A stretch of DNA of 44,442 nucleotides from Octopus bimaculoides (taxonomy: Eukaryota). Below, piece after piece: positions 11,401 through 24,400 of this stretch. The stretch covers positions 26,346,438-26,390,879 of the forward strand of contig NC_068987.1 of assembly GCF_001194135.2 (NCBI RefSeq), given 5' to 3'. A program made the translations under genes and the position numbers. Position 1 is the stretch's first letter; each line of letters opens with the position of its first letter. The notes under the pieces were generated by a model that worked only from the letters and a program-made list of their open reading frames with translations, made no database searches and was not told the DNA's origin.

Positions 11401-11465
<65 letters not shown>

Positions 11466-11490
11466 CTTGACGATGATAATAATAATAGTA
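11301..11490. repeat. (ATT)n and (GAT)n microsatellites separated by a ~40-bp unique island
   Basis: Directly visible. Confidence 0.93.
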
Positions 11491-11719
11491 AAATAATTTG
11501 CTACTTGCACTACGACAAACCCAGCAATGGACGAAAAAGTCTGCAGTGTACCCTTGTCGCAGTGCTGTGAGCACGTATTTATTTTGTTTAATGATCAATC
11601 CGGGATATGACTTAATCTGATAAATAAGTACTCCGATCCTAAGTGAAGTATACATGAAATCGTCACCTCAGTTCTGAAAGGAAATTAAGTATCATTATTT
11701 ACTTTCAGATAAACTTTAA

Positions 11720-13100
11720 AAAATATACCAGGTTGGGAAGTTGTCGGGAGAAAAATAGAGGGTTTATGCATCCACTTTCACATTTGGGTAGCCATACACT
11801 TTGTGACTGTGTCATCTACAAGTGTCACCATTAAAAACAATACACGAGAAAACCATAAAGCAATGAGAATTTTGTCGATCCAAAAAATCCAAACCGATTT
11901 TGTATTTGCTTTGTCACCAAGCATCCTCGTAAACTTAACTTTCATTGCAATGTCTCTTATGGAAGATCGAGATTGTTATGGTGAATTGCATGACGTTTTT
12001 GACTTGAGGGTTGGCGGAAGGAAGAATTGTTGCGTTAGGGCTCAAATTTGATGAAACTATTTTTAGGTGTCCTCTTAATTTTATCTTAGTCCAATCCGTT
12101 CTTTAATAAGAGTACAAGAGGTAGCATCTTTCGGATCGCGTTTCCCATCTCATAGAACAGGGATCTGAACCCTAACGTAGCAACCAAGGAAGCCATTCTA
12201 TCAGCTGGTGTATAGTACTGGGTTTCCTCTAGAGACATTTTATGAATGGATGCTTGAACTTGCACTTGTTTCCAATAGAGCTTCGGATGCCATAATGACC
12301 TGTATGAGTTATTCCAGATAGTTCGAATATGTTAACATTGCTAACAGAGCCAGTCCTGCTCATTGGAGCATTCATTCCCAAGCAAGTAACAAATCAATTA
12401 ACTGACTTACAAAATGCCACAATCAAAATCGTAATCTAACGATATTAAACCCAATTCGAACACAACAAAATTAGGCTCAAGCGCACCCATCTCTTATACC
12501 AACAATAAGCGTTTAAGCATAATTTTCCTGAAGTTGAAGCACTTTTACTGACAATTTTGGCGTCATATGAGACTGATTTTGATTCAAAAATATTTAAATA
12601 AAAAAGAGTTGAATATCTCAGACTAGTGTTCACTAATAACTAAACATTCTCGCAATAACGATAGTCATAGTTAAAGGCTATGTTGACTAGCATCGTAGAG
12701 ATATGTCCCCAAAACGTGCTGACCTACCGTTCACGTTTTTCTATCCAGTTGTTTTCAAGAACTTTACGCGTCTTTAAATTTACTCTTTATCAGTCTCATG
12801 ATGATGACTGTTCGGCTCTTTATCAAAATCATGGAATTGCACGTCAAACAGAAAAGAGACTGTGAGCCAATCCCCATTAATAACGTGTAAGAAGACTTCA
12901 ATGATATCTACTAAGACTGGCGATATTCCAGAAAAAGAGACATTGTTGGTAAATACTGCTAATAAATCTCTGTTGCATACGAACTAACTCAAATTATTGA
13001 TTCTTCAACTCATATTCTAAATGTCAGTCTCCAAAGCCATAATCTACTTGATGTCTTCCAACCCATGTGCTCTAAATTGTTAGAAAATATAAGGCAGTTA
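11720..13100 (-). mobile_element. possible Ty3/gypsy gag-protease remnant, very decayed
   Basis: Minus-strand fragments RTVIIMR..KF, MLKRL/IVGIRD (gag MLRDRIVVGIRD-like) and QVKNVMQFTITISIFHKRHCNE*VY (protease-end-like), in the expected order. Weak similarity. Confidence 0.4.
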
Positions 13101-13518
13101 AAGTTGGCCAAGGTAAATTTTGCCTGAATCGTTTCGTATAAAACGCCTTTGATCACAGATCAAGTTGATCAGTTCTATCAAAGAACCAGATGGCCTTCGG
13201 TGACTTTAGTGGAAACCAGTCTGTTGGAAGTTTTCAGGCCAGATAAACCGGCATGAAAACAACATCCTCCGTTCCCCTCACCAATCACGAGGTTAATGAA
13301 AAAAAAAAAAAAAATCATACGTGCTGCTATTCCCTTTTCTAAATATTTCATAAAAATACTAAGAACTGCAACAAGGCACATACAGTGGGATTGATCTCAC
13401 GAGCCACCTATAGCGAATTCACTACTTTATTCATTCAGCCATTTCGTCTCTATATATACTTAAGTGAATAGCGTGCTGATAAATCTTTTGTCTTTTCCTA
13501 TATGTAAATATATATATA

Positions 13519-13732
13519 NNNNNNNNNNNNNNNNNNNNNNNNNNNNNNNNNNNNNNNNNNNNNNNNNNNNNNNNNNNNNNNNNNNNNNNNNNNNNNNNNN
13601 NNNNNNNNNNNNNNNNNNNNNNNNNNNNNNNNNNNNNNNNNNNNNNNNNNNNNNNNNNNNNNNNNNNNNNNNNNNNNNNNNNNNNNNNNNNNNNNNNNNN
13701 NNNNNNNNNNNNNNNNNNNNNNNNNNNNNNNN
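13519..13732. other. assembly gap (N run)
   Basis: Run of N flanked by (TA)n. Confidence 1.
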
Positions 13733-13784
13733 ATTTTCTTCATCTAGAGAATCTGTAACCGAACTTAGCTATTCTTCATTCCTG

Positions 13785-13904
13785 TCATCATTACTACCAC
13801 CACCACCAAAACCACCACCACCAAAACCACCACCACCATAACCACCACCAACACCACCACCACCACCACCATCATCGTCATCATCGTCATCATCGTCATC
13901 ATCG

Positions 13905-13940
<36 letters not shown>

Positions 13941-13975
13941 CAAACATCATCATCGTCGTCGTGGCAAACATCATT
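13785..13975. repeat. compound (CCA)n/(CAT)n microsatellite
   Basis: Directly visible. Confidence 0.95.
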
Positions 13976-14230
13976 TTGATCTTAATTAAATTGATGCTGT
14001 GATCAACCTACTCAACCTCTCAGTTACTTCATGGCGCCCGAATGCTGCTTTATTCCATCGGAACAGTGAGATATTTAATAAAACACGTGAAAGATATAAG
14101 TTATTTTATAATTTCATATATCTATGCAAAATAGATACTATGAAAGTATAAAAGTGCAGACCGTGTTCATTGAAGCATTTAATAAAGTAATGCTGGATAC
14201 AGAATAGTTGGAAAAATGAAAACTATTATT

Positions 14231-14232
<2 letters not shown>

Positions 14233-14292
<60 letters not shown>

Positions 14293-14310
14293 TGTGTGTG
14301 TGTTTGTATG
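14233..14310. repeat. (TG)n microsatellite
   Basis: Directly visible. Confidence 0.97.
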
Positions 14311-14588
14311 TATTAATGTTTATAGGCTACATTTATATCAACCAATATAAAATCACATAAAGACACACACACGCGCGCACACACACATGCATGGATAAAT
14401 GTATACACAATTATATACATACACACACATGCACGCACATATATATATACGGATGCATACCTAAAAGCACACATATAAATATATATTAATATAAATATTT
14501 AAAAATGTTTTTATCGATATACTCGTATGTATTAATATTTTAAACAACACTCACACATCATATCTATAAAAGTAATATTAATGATTAT

Positions 14589-15006
14589 NNNNNNNNNNNN
14601 NNNNNNNNNNNNNNNNNNNNNNNNNNNNNNNNNNNNNNNNNNNNNNNNNNNNNNNNNNNNNNNNNNNNNNNNNNNNNNNNNNNNNNNNNNNNNNNNNNNN
14701 NNNNNNNNNNNNNNNNNNNNNNNNNNNNNNNNNNNNNNNNNNNNNNNNNNNNNNNNNNNNNNNNNNNNNNNNNNNNNNNNNNNNNNNNNNNNNNNNNNNN
14801 NNNNNNNNNNNNNNNNNNNNNNNNNNNNNNNNNNNNNNNNNNNNNNNNNNNNNNNNNNNNNNNNNNNNNNNNNNNNNNNNNNNNNNNNNNNNNNNNNNNN
14901 NNNNNNNNNNNNNNNNNNNNNNNNNNNNNNNNNNNNNNNNNNNNNNNNNNNNNNNNNNNNNNNNNNNNNNNNNNNNNNNNNNNNNNNNNNNNNNNNNNNN
15001 NNNNNN
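14589..15006. other. assembly gap (N run)
   Basis: Run of N followed by (TA)n. Confidence 1.
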
Positions 15007-15038
<32 letters not shown>

Positions 15039-16949
15039 TATATCTTCATGTACATATATATATATTTATATCTATACGTTAATATCACTGTCTACATTAA
15101 TATAAAAGTGCGCCCGCATCCTACCAGGCACCCATATGTTAGATAGGTAGAAGCTAGATACATAGAAATAGAGGGGAAAAGAGCGAGAAAAAGAGAGAGA
15201 AGAAGCAGAGTGGAATCTGAATGAGAAAAACACCTCTGTTCAACTATCTTCTATGTTACAGAGAAATATTTGCTTATAAATATTTATTCATATATTTTGC
15301 AAGAATAATAGAAAAAATATAATGATCAGAAAATATTTTGGGTTGTTGTTGTTATCGTAGTTCAAAGACAATCCGTTAATATACAAATATACAAAATGAA
15401 AACTGTAGGGTTTCTCATATATAATATAGTAAGTTGAAAACCTTCCAGTAATTGAGATTTTCCAAGTAACTACTAGACAAAAATCTTTCTCAAATTTAGC
15501 AACTAAGGGATATAAACCCACTAAGGTCACTTGACCGAAATTTTGGAATGATATAGACAATGAGGATTAGGAGGATCTGGTCGTTAAAAAATAACTTGTT
15601 AAAGTAACATAAGTTTCGTTCTTATTAAACCACATCATTAAAGTATAATCTAGCCAGCTGCTAAAAATAATACATATTAACTGAGTAGAATAGGCTGAGA
15701 ATTACTAATAAGGACAAAGAATATCAATTGTCTTCATCAGGAGGCCTTAGACCAGATACAGTTCAATGGACTTATGTCCCTTTCTTGCAGTTTATAAATT
15801 TTAAATATCTCTAAAGGGAGTGTTGTTTTCTAGTTGTGAGCAGGAGTCAGTACTGAACAGATATGGTGTTTTTACACCTTTTTACAATAAAGAGAATTTC
15901 TTTCCACGGCAGCTGCAGCGAATTTGTTTCTAGAAGTTGAAATAAGTCACAAGCATATTTTACCTACCCGCAAGTTCGCTTAAGCCTAAACACTGCTTGG
16001 CGGTGGTGATACTGATGAATATTATATGTATATATGTAATGTTAAAACATTTAACACAACACTGTCCTGAACATTGCCATATGTCACCCTCTTCCTTGTA
16101 ATAATAATAATAATAATAATAATGATTCTTAATATATATTTATTATACGATTACTCTCTACAACTGATTTCTTTATAGGTAGAAGGCGAATCTGTTTATA
16201 TATTTTGGAAGAAAAAGAAACCATCTTCTATTCGCACACCATTTATCAAGCTGATATCCCAAAATGTAGAAAAATTGGAATGATACAAATCATCTATCAA
16301 AGTTTAGAATTGGCACACTTCACATTCCAGAATTTTCTAAAAGGAACAAAACAAATAGTGCGATTGTATCAATAAAATTGCATCGATTTATTCATTTTGA
16401 GACTGAAACCATTTTTTTTCTCTAAGTGAAACAATTGGCAGCATTTCATATCATGACTAAATCTATGTTTTCGGAAGACATTCTTTTCTTTCGGAAATTG
16501 CGTCGTAAATTGTTACAAACTGCAAAACTATTGTAACTCTGTCTACTGCAGCCGATAAACATAAACATTTATGAAACAAATAGAACAGAATTGCAATGAT
16601 AGCGGTTTAAACATTTTTTTACTGAGGTTTAAGTCGTATTATTGAATAGGACAGACATTATTGTCGATTATAGCGACTTCAGAAAAATATTTTATTTTTA
16701 CAAAATACACAACCAAATTTCATTGGTTGACTGTTATTTCCTAATCTACAGGATTGTAACCCTCAGAAGTCGTGGAACTTTCACGGTCTCTACTAAAATT
16801 TGCCTGATTCGTTTATGAAAGTGTTTTAATGTATAGAAAAACATACGTGAAATTAATACCAAAATATTCACCTATAAAATATATAATTTCACAGTTAGTT
16901 TTTAAAAAGCATTAATTAAATATGTTTGTAACATGGAATTGTGTACTTA

Positions 16950-18720
16950 CCCATAGAGAAATGGTTAAATCTGCTACTCAGAGAAAACATTGTTGATGTA
17001 ATATTTCCTGCTACTCTGGATGCAGTAACACAATTCTCAAAGTGGACCGAACTCTGGAACAATTTTTCAGAAAAAAGTACAACGAATATTTCTTTTCCCA
17101 ATGTGGATTAATTTTTCATAGTAGTCACGAAAAGCAGCGCCTAATATGTTAAACTTGTTACAGATATTTGGTGAATGAAAGTATGAAACCTATTAAATTT
17201 AATTAAGTAGACAACAGGGTATCAAACACTTTTTCTGTGCAAGCAACTCTATACAATTATTTGGAAGATTACAGAAATCTCGTAGAAAGTCTAAAAAGCA
17301 ACTTTTTTAAAAACATAAACTGGTTAGAGAAAAATGATTTAAAAGTATGTTACAAAACTAATATTTAATTACAAAAGCGAAGAAACCATAAGCGATAAAA
17401 ATAGAAAAATTATTCAGGATAAAACCACTGTGGACGAAACAGGAAAATAAAAATATCTATTGTCAAATAAGATATGTATGTGAAAGAGTTTTAGAAATTA
17501 GCAATAAGCAATTTGTGCAACTTATTGAAAGAATTAAAGAAGTATTTCATTCGCGTTTCAGTTGGACGATTTGGCTGAGAAAATACAAATGGTGCTTAAC
17601 AGTTGATATTTGTAAGATATTCATGTGTTATTGAGTACTCGGCTACTTACTGTTTTGTCAATCTTTTGATGGATATACAATAGGTGATACTGTTTTTTTT
17701 TTCAAGAACTGGTGTATCAATTGTTCCATTCCAGACAATTTTTTTTAAAGAAGTAGTTCTGGAATGAAAATATCTCTATTGGTGTATTCACCGATAGAAC
17801 AGCAAAATGATGGAAAAGTGAAGGATTTCAAACCTTAAGTTAAATCTTCACTTCTAGAATGATTCATTGATAGATATCGGCTAAAGAAAACTTTTGCCTA
17901 GCTAAGAGCAAGTAATACAAGCTCAAATTATCAACCACGCATTGAGTAACCGCCTATTTGTTCACACACTTTAATTATGTACAGGAATACGTCAACAAAT
18001 CAAAATTTCAAACTTAAGTAAATTTAAAGAGGTAAAACAAAAACGAATATTGACCTTTTTATAAAAAGGAAAATAACTCAAATCTTCGCTCATGTTGAGA
18101 AATGGCTTTATACATTAGACTATTTGTCGTGCGTATTTTAAGTAATTTAATGAATTTAATATCTCATCAAAGGGAGAATACAAACATTTTTACTCTGAAG
18201 TAACATTGAAGCTTTCATGCGAAAATAAAATTTTGAAAATATCCCGAACAAAAGGACTAATTTGAAAATTATTCATGTTCCGATGATTTGGTTATTGAAA
18301 ATAATTTGTCTTGCAATTCTCTTAGGTAGTTCATAATCAAACATTTAGTATGTATGAAAAAAACAGTTCCAGAAATATTTTCTACGAGACACAGACAATT
18401 GTAAATCAGATTGGGTTCTGTTTCCATTCCTTGTAGCAAGTTAACAGTGAAGATATCTTTTTTTCTTTTTTTGTAGGCTCAAAGAACTTGGCAGGTTTGC
18501 CATGCAATTCAAATCTCAAATTTAAACTTTGAAAAACAAAGTTGAGTAACTTTTGGGGGCTGAAATTGAAATGAAAATTTTTAATGCAGTTTGAAGTAAC
18601 ACTGGCCATTCGTCTGTCATGTTTTCCTCATATTTATATCAACTAACATTTTCAACGGTATTAAAGACTAAATACGGCCCAGCTACTAAGTATGTAGAAT
18701 TTCCCTTAAGACAAATATCA
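16950..18720 (+). mobile_element. hAT transposase (Buster/Charlie, ZBED5-like), decayed
   Basis: In order: RKKYNEYF..C..C..LVNESMKP (~17070-17190), QLIERIK..FQLD (~17560), DNFFKE..IGVFTD (~17790), MIH, NRLF, EKWLYTLDYL (~18100), DWVLFPF (~18410), LPCNSNLKFKL..LSNFW (~18550). TIRs not identified. Confidence 0.8.
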
Positions 18721-19202
18721 AGCCATTATTTCATAAAATATACCAATATAAACAAGCAATTTCATCCTACTGAAGATATTTATATAAGGTATTAATATTT
18801 GATATTACAAAAGCCTTGTATGGTCTTATCTACTTTGTTTTATATTTTCCAAGAACCAGCTTGTTAGATGTAATTTTATATTTAAAATAACATACGGGTA
18901 ATATGTTATATCGCATTGAATTTTATACCGCCGAAAAAATGTAGCGAGGAAATTTGAATATTAAAAAGTTATCGCTTAGGAAGTATGTTAGAAACACAAT
19001 AATGCCGACTATTTTATCAACCTTTGTGTATTATCGAAACATATTTTATAGGTCTTCTAGAAGTAGAGAGAAATAAAACACGATCACTACGGAACATGAA
19101 AGCGGGACACTGAGATACGGAATTACAAGACACTGTTCCATAGTTTATAAGGTGGTAGTAGCATAGACTATTATTACGATTTCATATATTACTGGTACTT
19201 AC

Positions 19203-19295
19203 GTATTTTAAAACGTATAGGAAAGAATAATCGGTCATAGTAGGATTCTAAACCAAGCTGCTGAAGAATGTATCAGAAATGTCTCCGTGGCGGTC
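19203..19295 (-). other. candidate 93-nt exon carrying a start codon (MTDYSFLYVLKY)
   Basis: TTGTTTTGTTACAG|G acceptor and AC|GTAAGT donor. In-frame upstream TAG, then ACTATGA and 12 codons ending in phase 0. Confidence 0.35.
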
Positions 19296-19699
19296 CTGTA
19301 ACAAAACAATGCCACAAACGCAGCTTTATTTGGTGGTTTAATTTTCATAAACCAACCAGTTATTAATGTGTAAGAACACAACATCCATATCTAATAATTT
19401 AGGGTCACTCAATATGGTTGTTCCTACACACTCTTTATATATACTGCTTGTTCCTTTCTCCACACATGGCAACCATGCGGACGGAATATTCCTGATTCTC
19501 TAATCTTTGGACCAAGTGAAATTGGTATTGCAGATGTTGCACACTTTTCTGCTACACGAGTTTGGCAAACCTGCTTATGTAGATTGAGTAGATACTTTTC
19601 AATAAGTACTCATACATACCAGTATATACACACGCAAAGACAGACATATATGTATACATACGTATGTGTATACACGAAGCCATGTTTTAACAAAAGTCT

Positions 19700-21330
19700 A
19701 TGCATATACTTTTAACTCACGTAGTAGAAGGTTGCAGTGTTTACTGAAGGTTGACTTGTTGCACACGAACTGTACACGGTTTATCCCAGTCTTCGCAGTG
19801 TATTCTACCGACAGACAGATGTGTCGCACACACGACAGTGGATATTCGACATAACTCCAAGATCTGTAATGTTCAACTATTTGAACAGGACCGGGTGGTG
19901 ACACTTCCACGCATCTACACTTTACCTCAATCCAACAATGTCCACGAGTATCACTGTCAGACAAGAGATCTTTGGAATTATCGATGGACCCCGACCTAAA
20001 ATCCTCTGTTATAGACCAAGCAGTTGATAGATACTTTCGACAACCAGGACCTCTTTGAAAACTTCGTCACACTTGCAGTCACTAATCCGCTATAGAACGC
20101 CAACATGGAACTTGTTCGATCGCATTGCTTGACCGGCGGAGGGCTGTGGAAGCTTGATCATAATATTATGTATTAGATACCTTGACGCTTTCGACTGATC
20201 TAAATTGATGAGGGCTCCACCCATGTCAGGCTTCTTAACTATCTTTTCCTTGAATTATGGCATGATGAAGGTTTTCGTGTTTTCGTGCTTACATGTGTTC
20301 TGGATGTCGTAAGTTTGTACATAACAATCATCGACGACAAGCACTAACTTCGTAGTTAAAATTTTGAGACTTTATTTAATAAAATTATTGGATGAAAACT
20401 ATCAATGTGACATGCCTAATTCTTTGGGTTCTACTTCAGCAGCTACATGGATCCTTGACTCAGAAAATTAATAATTCTTCCGTTCTGATGCCTTTGCGGT
20501 ATATATCTTCCAAGAAATCGCCAAACAACTCAAAAAGTAAAGCTCATAGGACAAGCCATCCAAACTAGGCGATTTATTTACCACCACTCCATCTGATGCA
20601 GTAAACCATCCTTTCCATATTACTGCGGTTGTTATCAGCTTTTTGCAATGCCCACCTCTCTTGGTGAGGATCGTGACAGGCCTTAGAAATAAGAACTGAA
20701 ATTTATTCTTAATGCCAGCTCGCGACGCGTTCGGAAAAAAAAATTTTTTCCGTCACTCAGGCAAATCGAACACTTTCGTTCTCTAGTGTCTTCGAACTCG
20801 TACCCTGATTCTGGCAATGCAGTCTTCCTGCTTCATGCTGGAGTATTGCTCGAGGGTCAACCTCGCAGGTTGTGATGCCTTTCATAAGCGCCACTTCTAA
20901 ATTTCTAAGTCTCCCACTATGTTAGTTTTCTCAATTGCTACATCCTTACTAAACATTATCGATGTTTATCTGATCTCCCCTTTCCAAGGCGCACCCCATT
21001 TATTGTTGACGACTGTCCCATCAAAACCTGATTAAGTACTGGATGCTTCATGCGTCGTTAGAGACGCATTCTGCCTCCAGTAATTGGGTTTCAGAGCCTA
21101 TCTGGGTCGATCTTAAGGATACAAAATTTGTGATTTGTGCAGCCCAACGATTTTAAAATATGGACAGTCTACGTTATCCTCTACGTTTCCAGATACAGTC
21201 AGATGACCCGGTGGTTGAACCTATGTCCAAGTTAGTAGGAAGAGGCATGGTTAGAAAGACCATCTTACATTATTCCTAAAGAAAGACAGGTATTCAATCT
21301 CCCCCTCGGCTGCTTGTAGATGTTTCTTAA
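19700..21330 (-). mobile_element. L1/Tx1-type LINE ORF2 remnant (EN end, RT, C-terminus; internally deleted)
   Basis: NVDCPYFKIVG and NASL (EN end), KSPSLDGLSYELY (~20540-20578), GGALINLDQSKA (~20185-20220), C-terminal WSYVEYPLSCV..ICLSVE. Confidence 0.75.
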
Positions 21331-21499
21331 AACTGTTCTTTATACAGTCATTTGTTTATATTCTCCTGCAGACTTCTACACCATTGCATTATTTATTTTT
21401 AACAGTAAAATGTATATATCTTATGATATTTGGATGATTTTATGTGTACTGGAACGTTACTAGTTAATGTAATTTAATTCCTATAGATGATACGTATAT

Positions 21500-22330
21500 G
21501 TTGATGTATGTGAGCCATTATATTTTTATTGCTTCTGTTTATGGTTGTGGAGTTAATACTCACTTTTTTGTTCATGCTGGTGGGTGTGTTCTGACTGTTG
21601 TTTTAAGTGAATTAGGTAACGCTTGTGCTTGTAATAGTGATGTCTGTGATAGCGTTGTTGTTATTGATGATGGAGGTGGTGAAAGACATGATTGCGTTGA
21701 TAATGCTTGTGTCGCTACTGTTGGAGTTCTTTTGGTGCATTGTTGCTCAAAACTATTTACCAGTTTTTTCCTATCTCCCGGTTTTGTTGGCGTGTTTTTG
21801 ATTCTGTTTCTTTTCCTAGCATTAGTATCTTTCTGCCATTTAGGCCCCTCTTCGTTACCTTCAGCCCATAACATGCCTGTGTGGTATGCGTTAAGGTTTT
21901 TCATGTCTTGGGTGTTTTGTATTGTTGTATTGTCATGATATTTGTTGTTGCTTTGGGATGTCTGCTGCTCCTGCTGTTGCTGTCGTCTGTGACGTGGTGG
22001 TCCTTGAAGGTACTGTATCTTCCGTTACTTTCTGGCAGTTGATTCTACTGCTGGTGTTATTGTTGTTGCTGTAGGTACTGCGTCCAGTCTTGAAGTCGGT
22101 GTTGCTTCAGATGCATGCTGTTGTAGTTGCTGTAGCTGTTTGTGTTGTGTCTGCTGCTGGTGTTGTTAATGTGGATGTGATGTTAGCAGAAGTGCAGTGG
22201 AGAACTTTCAGAAATCATTTTCTGATGTTGTTGGGGACAAAATCATTGAGGTGATTAGCGTTTCCACCGTTGTGGCATTGATGCCTTCTAATCTCCACTT
22301 CTGTCTGCAGCTGCTGCCCTCCTAGGATCT
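21500..22330 (-). mobile_element. decayed Q/T-rich ORF with 3' UTR and AATAAA; probable LINE ORF1-like tail
   Basis: Low-complexity Q/T/P frames ending in the 110-aa ORF 21572-21904. AATAAA at ~21522-21527 (minus). Family assignment is inference. Confidence 0.45.
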
Positions 22331-22880
22331 TTATTATGACAGGAATTTTGTTGTATTTCAGGTTTTACTTTTACCTGAACTATATAGTTCAACCCCACCC
22401 CAACCCATTTTTTCTTTTGGGAATAATTTTTACTTTTATCAGTGTAATAGCATTTTCCAAAACTAAGCATTTCATCACCCACCAGAAAACTGGTTCTTGT
22501 GGTATGTTGTTATAACTCTGTTTGCTAATACTACATCTGTAATATTGAATGGTAGAAGGTGATAGCAAAACACGGTTTCACTTTCAAGACTTCCTCCTAG
22601 TTTCTTAGCTTTTTACCCAACCGACAAAGACGACGTCACTTCGAAAATGTTTTGTCTGCTTTGAAATCTTTACTTGCTATAACATTTTTACCATTCAGGG
22701 CAACGAACAAGTCATTTAGTCAAACCCTTATGATTCCGGTCAGCTAAGAAACACGGTGGAACAAAAATAAGCTTCTTAAAAGGAAAGCAAAGTGAAAACT
22801 AATGAGGTGTCGAAATCCCATTTGACTCGGCGATAAACAGCAACAATAACAACAACAAAAAGCACAACAATAACAATAAT

Positions 22881-23095
22881 CCTTTCTACTATAGGCATAA
22901 GTCCTGAAGTTTGATAGAGAGGAATCTAGTCGATTGCATCAACACCGATGCTCCACTACTACTTTATTTTATTTACCCTGGAGGGACGAACGGCAAAGTT
23001 GTCCTTGGTAGAACTCGAACTCAGAAGGTAAAAACGGACAAAATGGCGCTAAGCAGTTATTGCGGTGTGCTAACGATTCTTTCAGCTTGCTACCT
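22881..23095 (-). mobile_element. SINE family A (GTAGAAA-tail subtype)
   Basis: CCTTTCTACTATAGGCA..TAGTCGATT..GAACTCAGAA..GTGCTAACGATTCT. Confidence 0.8.
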
Positions 23096-23595
23096 AAATA
23101 AAGATAACAAAAACTATAACAACGACAATAATGATGACGACGACAACGACGATGAGGATGATGATTTCTTAACTAATCGCTAAGAGTTGACAAGACACTG
23201 ATGATGGTAGAGGACGATACGGTATGGATTCCGAAAGGACAGTTGGCTTGTGTTGAGATTATCGATTCTGATTCAGTTGAAACTTGCATGAGACACTGGA
23301 TAAAACCCGCAACATAACAAAGATTTCAGGAGAACGGATCTTCCACAAAAATGGTCATGGCTAGTTCCTCAATATTCTGGACAGTTTAGCCATAAAACAG
23401 AACAAAATTTCTAACAGTAGACTTTTTAAGACATAGTTAAAACAAAGGAAACTTATGAATGATTCGAAGACGAGTCTTGCTGATACGAAAATGAAAATGC
23501 TATTGCTGCTACTACTACTACTACTAGCAATAATGTTTTGCAATTTAGGCACGAAACCAATTTTGAATGGAGGAACTAGCCGAGGAAACCTTCGG

Positions 23596-23745
23596 TGTAC
23601 GTGATTGGCACTTTAAATTATCGATCCCAAAAGGATGAAGAGCAAGTTGACCTCGGCGGAATTTGAAATAAAAACGTATGGCGTTGGAACAAATGCTGCA
23701 AGACATTTTTCAGTCCTCATCATGATTCTACCAATCCACCATCCT
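23596..23745 (-). mobile_element. SINE family A, degraded
   Basis: TATCGATCCCAAAAGGATGAAG..GACCTCGGCGGAATTTGAA. Confidence 0.7.
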
Positions 23746-23789
23746 CACCTAATAAAAATTGTCCTTTTTTTTTTTAGATGCAAGAAAAA

Positions 23790-23980
23790 GAGTATTGGGG
23801 AGAGATATCAATCGATACCATGAACCCAAATGCTCGGTTCGAACTATACTTTATCGATCCTGGAATAATGAAAATCAAAGATGTACTCGACGAGGTTTCA
23901 ACTCAAAATGTAAAGAGTATCAGAAGAAATACTGCAAAGAATTTTGTCCGACACTGACGTCTGTACTGATCTGCTTCCGT
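23790..23980 (-). mobile_element. SINE family A, degraded
   Basis: TTTATCGATCCTGGAATAATGAAA..CTCGACGAGGTTTCAACTCAAAATGTAAAGA. Confidence 0.6.
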
Positions 23981-23999
23981 GGAATATAATTATTTTTGA

Positions 24000-24115
24000 A
24001 TAAGGGACATTGCCAGCAGTTTTAGGGCGCGGGCATTAATCGATACATTCATTCGCAGTACTCGACTGGTACGTTACTTTATCGACCTCAAAGTGATGGA
24101 AGGCAAAGATAACCA
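24000..24115 (-). mobile_element. SINE family A, 3' part
   Basis: GACTGGTAC..TTTATCGACCTCAAAGTGATGGAAGGCAAAG. Confidence 0.6.
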
Positions 24116-24237
24116 TTGTGATAATTGAACTTAGAATGTAAAGAACTGTAACAAATATGCAAGGTATTTTTTCCGACTCTCTAACGATTCTCCCAGTGGT
24201 CCACCCCTTGAAGTATTTGCTTCCCACAAAGATGCAC

Positions 24238-24400
24238 AGTCTGAAATTTAGAAAGAAAGGGGCCAGTCGATGAAAGCGACCTCAGTATTTGACTGGTATT
24301 TTATTATATCGACCCGCGAAGAATAGACGACAAATCTGACCTCAGTAGGATTTAGCTATAACATTAAGCAAGGTATTCGAATGGCACAGAACGCAGAAGA
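24238..24400 (-). mobile_element. SINE family A, degraded
   Basis: GGGCCAGTCGAT..GACTGGTATTTT..ATCGACCCGCGAAG..GACCTCAG. Confidence 0.6.

Noticed and set aside
7009-15105. Long ORFs containing X runs
   Set aside because: Artefacts of N gaps at 7130-7263, 13519-13732 and 14589-15006.
15715-15750. Minus-strand CCTGATGAAGACA..TGTC hammerhead-like start
   Set aside because: The GAAA core is absent after stem II.
16950-18720. Domesticated host gene interpretation (ZBED5/TIGD-like) for the hAT and Tigger remnants
   Set aside because: Numerous stops and frameshifts; these are dead transposon copies.
19398-19715. About 105-codon stop-free plus-strand frame
   Set aside because: No early start codon, no recognisable domain, weak splice signals, and a low-complexity 3' third.
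21498-21938. 146-aa plus-strand hydrophobic ORF
   Set aside because: It is the antisense shadow of the minus-strand Q/T-rich ORF (V/C/L-rich from GT bias).
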